Below, piece by piece: positions 18,680-28,200 of a stretch of DNA of 64,000 nucleotides. The DNA is from a virus. Its lineage: Duplodnaviria; Caudoviricetes. The notes under the pieces are model-generated. The model ran no database searches, had not been told where the DNA came from, and worked only from the letters and a program-made list of their open reading frames with translations. The DNA is taken from positions 1-64,000 of the IMG/VR virus record IMGVR_UViG_3300046820_001270, one strand, 5' to 3'. Both the position numbers and the translations under genes were made by a program. Each line of letters begins with the position of its first letter. Within the stretch, counting starts at the first letter, position 1.

Positions 18680-21600
18680 ATGGCACAAATCATTAAACAT
18701 AGGAGGGGTTCGATATCCATCCTAAAAAACACAACAGCGAGAAACGGTGAATTAATCATTGCGACCGGTTCAATAAGTGACTTATCTGGTCCTTTTATCT
18801 TTATTGGTTCTCCAGTAGGTACGGATGAAGGAGTTGCAGGTGCCTTCAACGCGATATCCAAGATATATCAAGGAGCTAACGCACCATCAATTAATGCTGG
18901 CACATATGGTTCTGGATTAGATGGTACACCATTCTATGCCAGTTCTGAGAAGAAATTATACATATTAAACAACAGTAACGTTGGTAATACCTCATTAAAT
19001 TTAGTTGGTAACATTGAAGGTAATACTATCAGTGGTGTAACAATTACTAATTTAACAGGTACGACTGCAACATTTAGTAGTCAAGTTAATGTAAGTGGTT
19101 CATTAAACGTTACGGGTAGTTTATATATAAACGGAACATCATACACTGCAGCAACTTCAGGTACATCGGGTTCTAATGGTACTGATGGAAGTTCAGGTAC
19201 TTCAGGTTCTAACGGTACTGATGGTTCTTCAGGAAGCAATGGTACGAACGGTTCATCAGGTTCATCAGGAAGTAATGGTACAAATGGTTCATCAGGAAGT
19301 AATGGTACCGATGGTTCTTCAGGTTCTAATGGTACCGATGGTTCATCAGGTTCATCAGGAAGTAATGGTACTAATGGTTCATCAGGGTCTAGCGGTTCTA
19401 ATGGTACCGATGGTTCTTCAGGTTCTAATGGTACCGATGGTTCTTCAGGTTCTAATGGTACAAACGGTAGTTCAGGTTCTAGTGGATCAAATGGTACTAA
19501 CGGTTCATCAGGTTCTAACGGAACAGATGGTAGTTCTGGAACTAGTGGTTCTAATGGTACTGATGGTTCTTCAGGTTCTAGTGGTTCTAACGGAACAGAT
19601 GGTTCTTCAGGTTCTAGTGGTTCTAATGGTACTGATGGTTCTTCAGGTTCTAACGGTACAAACGGTTCATCAGGAACATCAGGAGATAGTTTATTTGCTT
19701 TAACAGGTTCAATATGGTCTACAACAAATTCAGTAAGAATTGTAGGTGCGTTAACATCATCAGTAGTATCATCTTCATTTGTAGGTGATGGTGCAGGTTT
19801 ATATAACATTCCAGCAAGTGGAGTTACAGGATTAGAATTAAATAAAATAGTAAGTGGTTCAGTAAGTGCATCAATTCAGTCGGACGGAACGTTCAGAGTA
19901 AACGGTGATACATTTATTAACGGTACAATAACTGCAAACCAATTAAATATAAATTATGTAACATCATCGGTGTTATATTCTTCAGGTTCAACCAAGTTTG
20001 GAGATACATTTGACGATTTACATGAATTTACAGGAAGTGTAAACATTACAGGTTCATTATTCTTAAATGGTGTAACAGTTGGAACGGGTAAACTAAATAC
20101 AACTGATTTCAACTCATATACATCTTCAGTAAACTCACAATTTGCAGGAACATCATCATTTGCAGTTTCTTCATCATATGCGGTTTACGCGGAAAATGCG
20201 GTTATTGTTTCAGGTCAAACTAAAACATTAGTAATTGGTTCAGCATCAACAACATGGTCATTCAACCACAATTTAGGATACAAATATCCTGCAATTAACG
20301 TGTTTGATGGTAGTGATAAAGTTGTTATTCCAACAGAAATTGAAGTTATTGATAGTAATAACTTAAAAGTATACTTTAATGAAGCACAAACAGGTACAGT
20401 AATTGCCACTGTCGGTGGTAATGGTTCTTCAGGTTCTAGTGGAACTGCTGGAACAAACGGTAGTTCAGGTTCTAGTGGATCAAATGGTACTAACGGTTCA
20501 TCAGGTTCTAACGGAACAGATGGTAGTTCTGGTTCTTCAGGTTCTAACGGTACAAACGGTAGTTCTGGAACTAGTGGTTCTAATGGTACTGATGGTTCTT
20601 CAGGTTCTAGTGGTTCTAACGGAACAGATGGTTCTTCAGGTTCTAACGGTACAAACGGTTCATCAGGTTCTTCAGGAAGTAATGGTACAAACGGTTCATC
20701 AGGTTCTAACGGAACAGATGGTTCATCAGGTTCTTCAGGAAGTAATGGTACTAATGGTTCTTCAGGAACTTCAGGTTCTAATGGTACAAATGGTTCTTCA
20801 GGATCAAACGGAACAGATGGTTCTTCAGGATCAAACGGAACAGATGGCTCTAGTGGTTCTTCAGGAAGTAACGGTACTAACGGTTCATCAGGAAGTTCAG
20901 GTTCTAACGGAACTGATGGCTCTTCAGGAACAAGTGGTAGTAATGGTACTAACGGTTCTTCAGGGTCTAGTGGTTCTTCAGGAAGTAATGGTACCGACGG
21001 TTCTTCAGGTACATCAGGTTCTAATGGTACCGACGGTTCTTCAGGTACATCAGTATCAGTAACAGGTACAAACAATTTTATCGGTAAATTCCAATCAGGA
21101 GCAACGATTACATTAGTAGATTCAAGTGTAGTTGATAATGGTACAAATGTAACAGTTAATTCAAACTTAGTTGTTACGGGAACAACGAATATTCAAGGTA
21201 ATACAAGTGTTACAGGAGCGTTCACAGTTGGTTCAGGTTCAATTACATCGTTAGGTGGTGATTTATTTGTATCAGGAAACTTACAAGTATTAGGTTCATC
21301 CACAAATGTAAACATCCAATCAAGTACAGTTGCAATCGGTGATAATATTATCTTAGTAAACGCTTACTCACCATTCCAAAGATACGCAGGTATCAGTGGA
21401 TATGATTCAGGTTCAGCGGATCAATCAGGTTCTTTACTATGGGATTCAACTAATAATAATTGGTTAACAGTTGACGGTTCTAATAACTCAAGTAAAGTAA
21501 TTGGAACAACCGCAGGAGCATTAGGAAGTGAAACAAGTTTAACAAGTGGAACGTTCCCAATCGCATCTTCAGACAACACAATCGGTGATAGTTTATTGAC

Positions 21601-21871
21601 TTATAGTGGTACAACATTACAATTCAACACAGATAAATTCACAGTTGAATCAGCATCAGGAAACACAGTAATAGCGGGTACGTTAAAAGTAAGTGGAAAT
21701 GGAGCGGATGCAGGTACGAACACCTCAACTGTAACATACAAAAACTCAAGTGATGTATTTGGTGAGATTTCAGCAACATCTTCAAGTGTGGCGGTTACAT
21801 CAATGTTAGGATATAAAACATCTGACGGATCATTAACCTTCACAGATACAATCGACGGAGGAACATTCTAA
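18680..21871 (+). CDS. Fibre protein (1063 aa) with SGSNGT(N/D)GS repeat blocks
   Basis: N-terminus MAQIIKHRRG...GELIIATG, shared STKFGDT and WSFNHNL modules, C-terminus TIDGGTF. Confidence 0.8.
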   Translation: MAQIIKHRRGSISILKNTTARNGELIIATGSISDLSGPFIFIGSPVGTDEGVAGAFNAISKIYQGANAPSINAGTYGSGLDGTPFYASSEKKLYILNNSNVGNTSLNLVGNIEGNTISGVTITNLTGTTATFSSQVNVSGSLNVTGSLYINGTSYTAATSGTSGSNGTDGSSGTSGSNGTDGSSGSNGTNGSSGSSGSNGTNGSSGSNGTDGSSGSNGTDGSSGSSGSNGTNGSSGSSGSNGTDGSSGSNGTDGSSGSNGTNGSSGSSGSNGTNGSSGSNGTDGSSGTSGSNGTDGSSGSSGSNGTDGSSGSSGSNGTDGSSGSNGTNGSSGTSGDSLFALTGSIWSTTNSVRIVGALTSSVVSSSFVGDGAGLYNIPASGVTGLELNKIVSGSVSASIQSDGTFRVNGDTFINGTITANQLNINYVTSSVLYSSGSTKFGDTFDDLHEFTGSVNITGSLFLNGVTVGTGKLNTTDFNSYTSSVNSQFAGTSSFAVSSSYAVYAENAVIVSGQTKTLVIGSASTTWSFNHNLGYKYPAINVFDGSDKVVIPTEIEVIDSNNLKVYFNEAQTGTVIATVGGNGSSGSSGTAGTNGSSGSSGSNGTNGSSGSNGTDGSSGSSGSNGTNGSSGTSGSNGTDGSSGSSGSNGTDGSSGSNGTNGSSGSSGSNGTNGSSGSNGTDGSSGSSGSNGTNGSSGTSGSNGTNGSSGSNGTDGSSGSNGTDGSSGSSGSNGTNGSSGSSGSNGTDGSSGTSGSNGTNGSSGSSGSSGSNGTDGSSGTSGSNGTDGSSGTSVSVTGTNNFIGKFQSGATITLVDSSVVDNGTNVTVNSNLVVTGTTNIQGNTSVTGAFTVGSGSITSLGGDLFVSGNLQVLGSSTNVNIQSSTVAIGDNIILVNAYSPFQRYAGISGYDSGSADQSGSLLWDSTNNNWLTVDGSNNSSKVIGTTAGALGSETSLTSGTFPIASSDNTIGDSLLTYSGTTLQFNTDKFTVESASGNTVIAGTLKVSGNGADAGTNTSTVTYKNSSDVFGEISATSSSVAVTSMLGYKTSDGSLTFTDTIDGGTF

Positions 21872-21889
21872 AAATAGAATAAAATTAAT

Positions 21890-21920
21890 AAGGAGGACCC
21901 AAAAAGTCCTCCTTTTTTTT
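21890..21920 (+). terminator. Intrinsic terminator
   Basis: AAGGAGGAC-CCAAAAA-GTCCTCCTT followed by a T-run. Confidence 0.85.
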
Positions 21921-21961
21921 ATTCATATTAAAAAAATATTGTAATTTAAAACATTAAAAGA

Positions 21962-21968
21962 TATTTAT
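21962..21968 (+). promoter_or_regulatory. TATTTAT motif (putative late promoter)
   Basis: 4 nt before the ATG at 21973, downstream of a terminator. Confidence 0.5.
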
Positions 21969-21972
21969 TGGT

Positions 21973-24918
21973 ATGGCAACAACAATTCAAATCTTAACAA
22001 CAAATTATAGTGGTGAAACGGCCACTATTACCTTTTCACCATGTAGTGGAGGAACAATTAATTTAGGTTCACAAGTAATACCTTACAACTATGTAAGTGA
22101 AAATTACTTAGGTGATTATTCTTTATATTTTTCGGATTATGATCAAACATGTACTTTTACAATACCATGTTCGACACCAACTCCAACACCAACAGGTGAC
22201 CCAACTCCAACACCAACAATTGTTGTGACTGCTACACCTCTACCAACAGGAACCGCAACACCAACACCAACGGCAACTGATGTTCCACCAACACCAACGC
22301 CAACGGCTACAGAAGTACCAATACAATCATATGCTTACCAAATAGATGTTAGTGGGCAATATTTTGACCCTTATCAAGCGTGTCAAAATCAAGTAGTTAA
22401 TTACACTGTTTATACCTCTTATCCATCATTAAATACAGGACACATATTATATATTGATCCTGAACTTACTTCAGAGTATAATCCTGGATTAGGAAATTAC
22501 TTTATTATTGAAGATGCGTTTAATACATATGTTATTGATACAAATTATGGAGGAATAAATACCTTAACAAATTGTAATGACGTTCAACAACCCACACCAA
22601 CAGCAACTGCGACACCTACACCAACACCAACTGCAACTGAATATCCAATGGTACATTTAGGTTTAAGTGCCGATAATGGAAACACTGCGTGTGATAATCA
22701 TCTTTATAACTCATATAATGTCACAACTGAAGCTTTCGGATATAGTATGGGAACAAATTTATGTGATTCCAATGGAGTAACATTTACTGGAGTGGACATT
22801 ACAAATCTTGCAAATCCAACAGGTCTTCAATCAATATGGGTGTCTGATGGAACATATTCAAGATTCGGATGGTTAAATTCAATTGGTGTTGTTTTCTCAG
22901 GTTCAACATGTGTATTATGTGGATCTGCAACACCAACACCAACACCAACAGCTACAGATATTATAATTACACCAACTGTAAGTCAAGAACCAACTTCAAC
23001 TCCAACACCGACACCTACACAAACAGAAATGCCACCAACACATACACCAACACCAACACCAACACCAACTGTAAGTCAACAACCAACCCCAACACCAACA
23101 CCTACAAATAATCCTAATTCACCAACAACATTTAATGTATATGTTAGTGAAACGGGTGAGCAAATTGCATGTAATGGAGGAGATACACCTATGGGTGCTT
23201 TCCACCAATTTACAATTGTAGGTGATACAAATGATTTATGTTCATCAACACAATTTACTAATTGTTTTTTCATACCAACATATGATCTTTATACATTTTA
23301 TGTAAGTGATGGTACAAACTCTAGATTACTACAAAGAATAGGTGGAGTTTCAGGTACAACTGCAACTGCAATTGCAAGTTGTGAATTATGTGTTCCATTC
23401 CCAACGGCAACACCAACAGCAACACCAACCCCAACATTATTAATTACATCATTTAACGGTTTACAAATTTCTGGAGGATCAACTTTATACGAGGCTTGTC
23501 AAACTATTGGAACTAATAACGTATACGCAATCAATTCATTAAGTTTATATGATAATGGAATTTATTTGTATATCGATGAAACATTAACACAGGTTGCTCA
23601 AAATAATTATTTATATAAATTAATTTCGACAGATGGTTTAGACACCACATATATTGTAACAGTTGATGAGACAGGCATGATAACAAGTGTTAATGATTGT
23701 TCTACAATAAATCAACCAACACCTACGGCTACTAATGTACCACCAACGGGAACACCAACTAGTACCCCGGTACCACCAACTAGTACTCCTCATATTACAC
23801 CTCCACCACCAACTGTAAGTCCAACACCAACAGCTACAGATATTATAATTACACCAACTGTAAGTCAAGAACCAACTTCAACTCCAACTCCAACACCGAC
23901 ATCAACACCGGTATCATGTGAATGTCTTACAGTTTATAATGAGGGAGGTAGAAATATAACATTCCAATATGTTAGATGTTCAGATGGTATTTTAGTTCCA
24001 TTATCGGTTCCAAGAGGATCAAATAGAACGGTATGTGTACAGTCAGGTACTGATATAATATCTGACGACATTGGATTATTGACTGTGGTAGATAATGGAA
24101 CACCTTGTACTGTAAACGGCGACTGTGCAAACCCACCAACCGCAACACCTGTACCAGATCCAACATCAACTCCAGTACCACCACCAACTAGTACTCCAGT
24201 ACCACCACCAACTAGTACTCCAGTACCACCACCAACATCAACTCCAGTACCACCACCAACAGCAACACCAGATCAAACATCAAATTGGGTTAATATAACA
24301 ACACAATGTTATGGTTGTGATGTTTATTACATTCAAGAAGACCAAAATCCATATTCACCAACATACACTCAAACAAGACAAGGTTCATTAGTGGCAAGTA
24401 ACAGTGCTTCTTGTGGAGGATGTTGTGGTCAATCAACCGCAGCAAATTGGGTTAACGAAAGTACAGATTGTGATGGATTTACATTATATAATGTTCAAAG
24501 AGACACAAATAGTTGTTCAGCAACATATAATAATACAAGAAGAGGAAGTGATATAGCATACAATAGTCCAGCTTGTGGATATGTACCACCACCGACATCA
24601 ACACCGGTACCAGCACCAACACCAACACCTGGAACATCATATACATATCGATTAGGACCATCATACACATTGGCAAGCCAAGCATGTGGAAATTTCGGTA
24701 TGGATTTCTATACTGAAGTCTTCGCAGCAACGAATGTAATATATGAGGTACAACAATTCTTTACAGATTCTGGTTTAACAGCTCCATATTATGGAGAAAA
24801 TGAAACTCACGCATTTCAATTAATGGATGGAGCTTTACCAATTGGTATCTCATATTCAGGAAGAATTTCATACACAGGACAGGTATCGGATAGAACATTC
24901 TGTGCGGAACAACCTTAA
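21973..24918 (+). CDS. Pro/Thr-rich (mucin-like) multidomain surface/virion protein with Cys-containing domains
   Basis: PTPTPT and PPPTSTPV linkers separate about five related xAC-containing domains (YQACQ, TACDN, IACNG, EACQT, QACGN). Confidence 0.8.
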   Translation: MATTIQILTTNYSGETATITFSPCSGGTINLGSQVIPYNYVSENYLGDYSLYFSDYDQTCTFTIPCSTPTPTPTGDPTPTPTIVVTATPLPTGTATPTPTATDVPPTPTPTATEVPIQSYAYQIDVSGQYFDPYQACQNQVVNYTVYTSYPSLNTGHILYIDPELTSEYNPGLGNYFIIEDAFNTYVIDTNYGGINTLTNCNDVQQPTPTATATPTPTPTATEYPMVHLGLSADNGNTACDNHLYNSYNVTTEAFGYSMGTNLCDSNGVTFTGVDITNLANPTGLQSIWVSDGTYSRFGWLNSIGVVFSGSTCVLCGSATPTPTPTATDIIITPTVSQEPTSTPTPTPTQTEMPPTHTPTPTPTPTVSQQPTPTPTPTNNPNSPTTFNVYVSETGEQIACNGGDTPMGAFHQFTIVGDTNDLCSSTQFTNCFFIPTYDLYTFYVSDGTNSRLLQRIGGVSGTTATAIASCELCVPFPTATPTATPTPTLLITSFNGLQISGGSTLYEACQTIGTNNVYAINSLSLYDNGIYLYIDETLTQVAQNNYLYKLISTDGLDTTYIVTVDETGMITSVNDCSTINQPTPTATNVPPTGTPTSTPVPPTSTPHITPPPPTVSPTPTATDIIITPTVSQEPTSTPTPTPTSTPVSCECLTVYNEGGRNITFQYVRCSDGILVPLSVPRGSNRTVCVQSGTDIISDDIGLLTVVDNGTPCTVNGDCANPPTATPVPDPTSTPVPPPTSTPVPPPTSTPVPPPTSTPVPPPTATPDQTSNWVNITTQCYGCDVYYIQEDQNPYSPTYTQTRQGSLVASNSASCGGCCGQSTAANWVNESTDCDGFTLYNVQRDTNSCSATYNNTRRGSDIAYNSPACGYVPPPTSTPVPAPTPTPGTSYTYRLGPSYTLASQACGNFGMDFYTEVFAATNVIYEVQQFFTDSGLTAPYYGENETHAFQLMDGALPIGISYSGRISYTGQVSDRTFCAEQP
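22939..23888 (+). repeat. 68-bp exact direct repeat (22939-23006 and 23821-23888)
   Basis: ccaacaccaacagctacagatattataattacaccaactgtaagtcaagaaccaacttcaactccaac occurs twice (encodes PTPTATDIIITPTVSQEPTSTP). Confidence 0.85.
24154..24270 (+). repeat. 24-bp tandem repeat encoding PPPTSTPV (about 4-5 units)
   Basis: ccaccaccaactagtactccagta units, two identical and the others degenerate. Confidence 0.8.
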
Positions 24919-24949
24919 TAAAAAATAAAATAAATTAAAATAAAATAAA

Positions 24950-25120
24950 ATGGGACATAGATTTAAAGTAGAATATCAAGTAGGTGAAGAAAAAATAATA
25001 TTTCATTGTGGTGCCTTTAGTAATTCAATAGAAGAATCACTAAACATAGCAACAATAGAGATAAACAAATATGTCGAAAGACAGGAAGGAACTGTCCTTT
25101 CAATCGAAAATGTACAATAA
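24950..25120 (+). CDS. 56-aa hypothetical protein (not in ORF track)
   Basis: Hand translation MGHRFKVEYQVGEEKIIFHCGAFSNSIEESLNIATIEINKYVERQEGTVLSIENVQ*; A-rich upstream region; followed by a terminator. Confidence 0.65.
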   Translation: MGHRFKVEYQVGEEKIIFHCGAFSNSIEESLNIATIEINKYVERQEGTVLSIENVQ

Positions 25121-25127
25121 AAACATC

Positions 25128-25157
25128 AAAGGAGACCTTAAATAAGTCTCCTTTTTT
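25128..25157 (+). terminator. Intrinsic terminator
   Basis: AAAGGAGAC-CTTAAATAA-GTCTCCTTT plus TTT. Confidence 0.85.
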
Positions 25158-25169
25158 ATTTATTAAATG

Positions 25170-25176
25170 TATTTAT
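25170..25176 (+). promoter_or_regulatory. TATTTAT motif (putative late promoter; second copy at 25157-25163)
   Basis: ATGTATTTATA followed by two hairpins and the ATG at 25238. Confidence 0.5.
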
Positions 25177-25237
25177 AATAAGACCTACATAGGTCTTTAA
25201 CCGTGATATATATCACAAGGATTTAGAACACATATAT

Positions 25238-28200
25238 ATGAGTCAAATAGTAAAACTACGTAGAAGTTCCACAGGTGGAAATAGACCTACTAACTCCCAA
25301 TTACAATTAGGAGAATTAGCAATAAACACAACCGATGGTAAAATTTATTTCTCCAAATCGGGGTCATTAAACACCTCAATTGAGGAAGTTTTAACTACAA
25401 ATACTCAAAACACAGGTTCATTAAATCTTAGTGGTAGTTTCAATTTAATTGGAGCGGAAAATATAACCGGATCTTTAATCACAACAGGTTCTCTAAGAGT
25501 TTTAGGGGATACATCATTAACGTCATTAGTCGTATCAGGTTCAGACCCCGTTGCAAATGTTCAAGCATTTGTTCCCGATAGTACTGTATACAATAATGCA
25601 AGTTTTAATAGTCCAGATAGAGTCGCTTCGGGTATTCGTTTTAATTGGAGTAATGAAAACTGGACTATAGGTGCCGCAAGAGGTTTAACAACTGATGTTG
25701 ATGGTTTGGTGTTTAGTAGAAATGGTGTTAGACAAATGTTACTCGATGAGAATAATAATTTAGTTCTTTCAGGTTCAATTAATTTAACAGGGTCTATATA
25801 TGTTAATGGTGCGGTTGTTGGAACAGGTAAATTAGATGAAACAACATTTAATACATATACAGGTTCAAATACATCTACATTTGCAGGAACATCATCATAT
25901 GCATCATATGCATTAACAGCTTCTTATGTATCAAACCCAACAATAGTTTCAGGTTCAACAAAGAAAACAACGGTAACATCAGCTTCAACAACATGGTCGT
26001 TGAATCATGCGATGAACGAAAGATATCCATCAATTACAGTATTTGATAGTGATGGTTATGTTGTCATACCAACAGGTGTTAGAGCAATAGATTCAAATAA
26101 TATTGAAGTATATTTTTCAGAGGCACAAACAGGAACAGTAATTGCAACTGTCGGTGGTAGTGGTGCAGTTGGTGCAACAGGTGCCTCAGGTACAAATGGT
26201 ACTTCAGGAACAAGTGGAGCAGACGGTATTGGTGGTTACACACAAACATATGCATCAGCAACAACTTGGTCAGTTGCACACAATTTAGATTTAGATTATC
26301 CAGGTGTAACGGTTTGGGATAGTAATAGAAAAGTTATAATCCCAAGTGAGATAACATCAATAGATTCAAACAATTTACAAATAACATTCCCAATTGCACA
26401 AGCGGGGGAAGTTCATATAGTTAGAGGTGGACACATGATTAGTGGTTCACAAGATTTATCTGCAGTTGGAACAATAACACCATCCGCAAATGGTTTATAT
26501 AATTTAGGTAGTGTATCTAAACAATTTAATAATGTTTATATTTCAGGTAGTCTTTTAGTAAATGGAGTACCATATAGTAGTGGACAAAATATAGATACAA
26601 GTTCATTCGCAACAACAGGTTCAAATACATTTAAAGGAACACAAACATTTAGTGGATCATTAATACCTGTTGGTAGTGGTTCATATGATTTAGGTAGTGA
26701 GTCAAATCCATTTAGACACTTATACTTATCAAGTGCATCATTATATATTGATGGACAAAAAGTTTTAGGTTCAACAAATCAGGAATTACAAATCACAACA
26801 GATAATGGACAATCTATTAAGATTTTAGAGCAAGGTACTGATACAATTACATTTCAAACTGTGGATGGAGATATTCAATTGAAGTCATCCGGTGGAGGTA
26901 ATATATTAATTGATCCAACAACAGGTTCGGTCGATATTAGAGGAAATGTTATAGTTCAAGATGGATTTAAAATATTAAGTTCAGGTGGTAATAGTGTTGT
27001 TTTTGCTGATGACATTATTGTATCAGGTTCGGCTAATTTCACAAATGGAGTTACAATTGGTGGAGTATCATATGCATCGGCAACATCTGGTACATCCGGT
27101 TCTAACGGAACAAATGGTTCTTCAGGAACTAGTGGAAGTAACGGATCATCAGGAACATCAGGGTCTAACGGAACAAATGGATCTAGTGGAACGAATGGTT
27201 CTTCAGGTTCTAACGGAACAAATGGAACTAGTGGAACGAATGGTACGTCAGGTTCTAACGGAACAAATGGTTCTTCAGGTACATCAGTAACTGTTTCCGG
27301 TACTAATGATGTAATAGGTAAATTTAGTTCAGGAACATTAGTTAATTCAAACATAACTGACAACGCTTCATTAGTTAATATTAATTCAAACACAACAATA
27401 ACAGGATCATTGACGATTACACAAAACTTAAATGTTTTGGGATCTTCGTCAATTACTTATACAACTGCATCTCAATTAAGAGTAAACGACAACGTAATCA
27501 CAGTAAACGCTTCATCACCAGGTGTAAGATTTGCGGGTCTGTCGGTAATTGATAGTGGTTCATCACCTTTGGTTTCGGGTTCATTCTTGTTTGACTCATT
27601 AAACAATCAATTTGTTTATGTTCACACAAACCAATCTACGGTGACATCATCGGTAGTTATGGTAGGTGCACAGACTTATAATAGTTTAGGAAACGAAATA
27701 TTACCAACAACAAATAGAGTATTAAAATCTTTAGGTCAAGAACATCTTGGTGATTCAAATATCTCAGATAACGGTACGACAGTATCTATTAATGGAGGTT
27801 TAATTGTAACAGGTTCTATCTTATCAACAGTTACTCCATTAGTTTCAGGTTCTTCACAAATATCATTTAATGGTATAACAGATAAACCAAGTTTAGTTAG
27901 TGGATCATCACAAATAGTTTATTCAGGTTTAACAGGAATACCTTCAGGTATTGTATCGGGTTCATTACAAGTTGATGTAATGTCAACAACAAACATTGCG
28001 AGATTGGCAACAACCGGTTCTAATACATTTACGGCAAATCAAAATATTAGTACAACAAGAACAAATGGTTCTAATACAAATGTACTTACATTATCTGATA
28101 ATGTAACAGGAGTTCAAACTCCTGGATTTGGTTTGAGAATACAATATCAATCAAATGGGACAGGTGTTAATGCTGCTATAGGTTTAGAAAATGGCGGAGG

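Noticed and set aside
21891-21896. AGGAGG as a Shine-Dalgarno site
   Set aside because: It is the 5' arm of a terminator stem and lies about 76 nt from the next start.
11229-24918. CRISPR array
   Set aside because: All repeats are in-frame coding repeats with synonymous variation and no unique spacers of constant length.
11377-27290. Alternative-frame + strand ORFs rich in MVLQVLMV
   Set aside because: Off-frame reading of the same repeats, nested inside much longer genes.
11534-27393. Long minus-strand ORFs rich in PEVPLEPSV (for example 19081..19809, 20215..21075, 16648..17145)
   Set aside because: Antisense shadows of the Gly/Ser/Thr codon repeats; they track the repeat blocks of the + strand genes.
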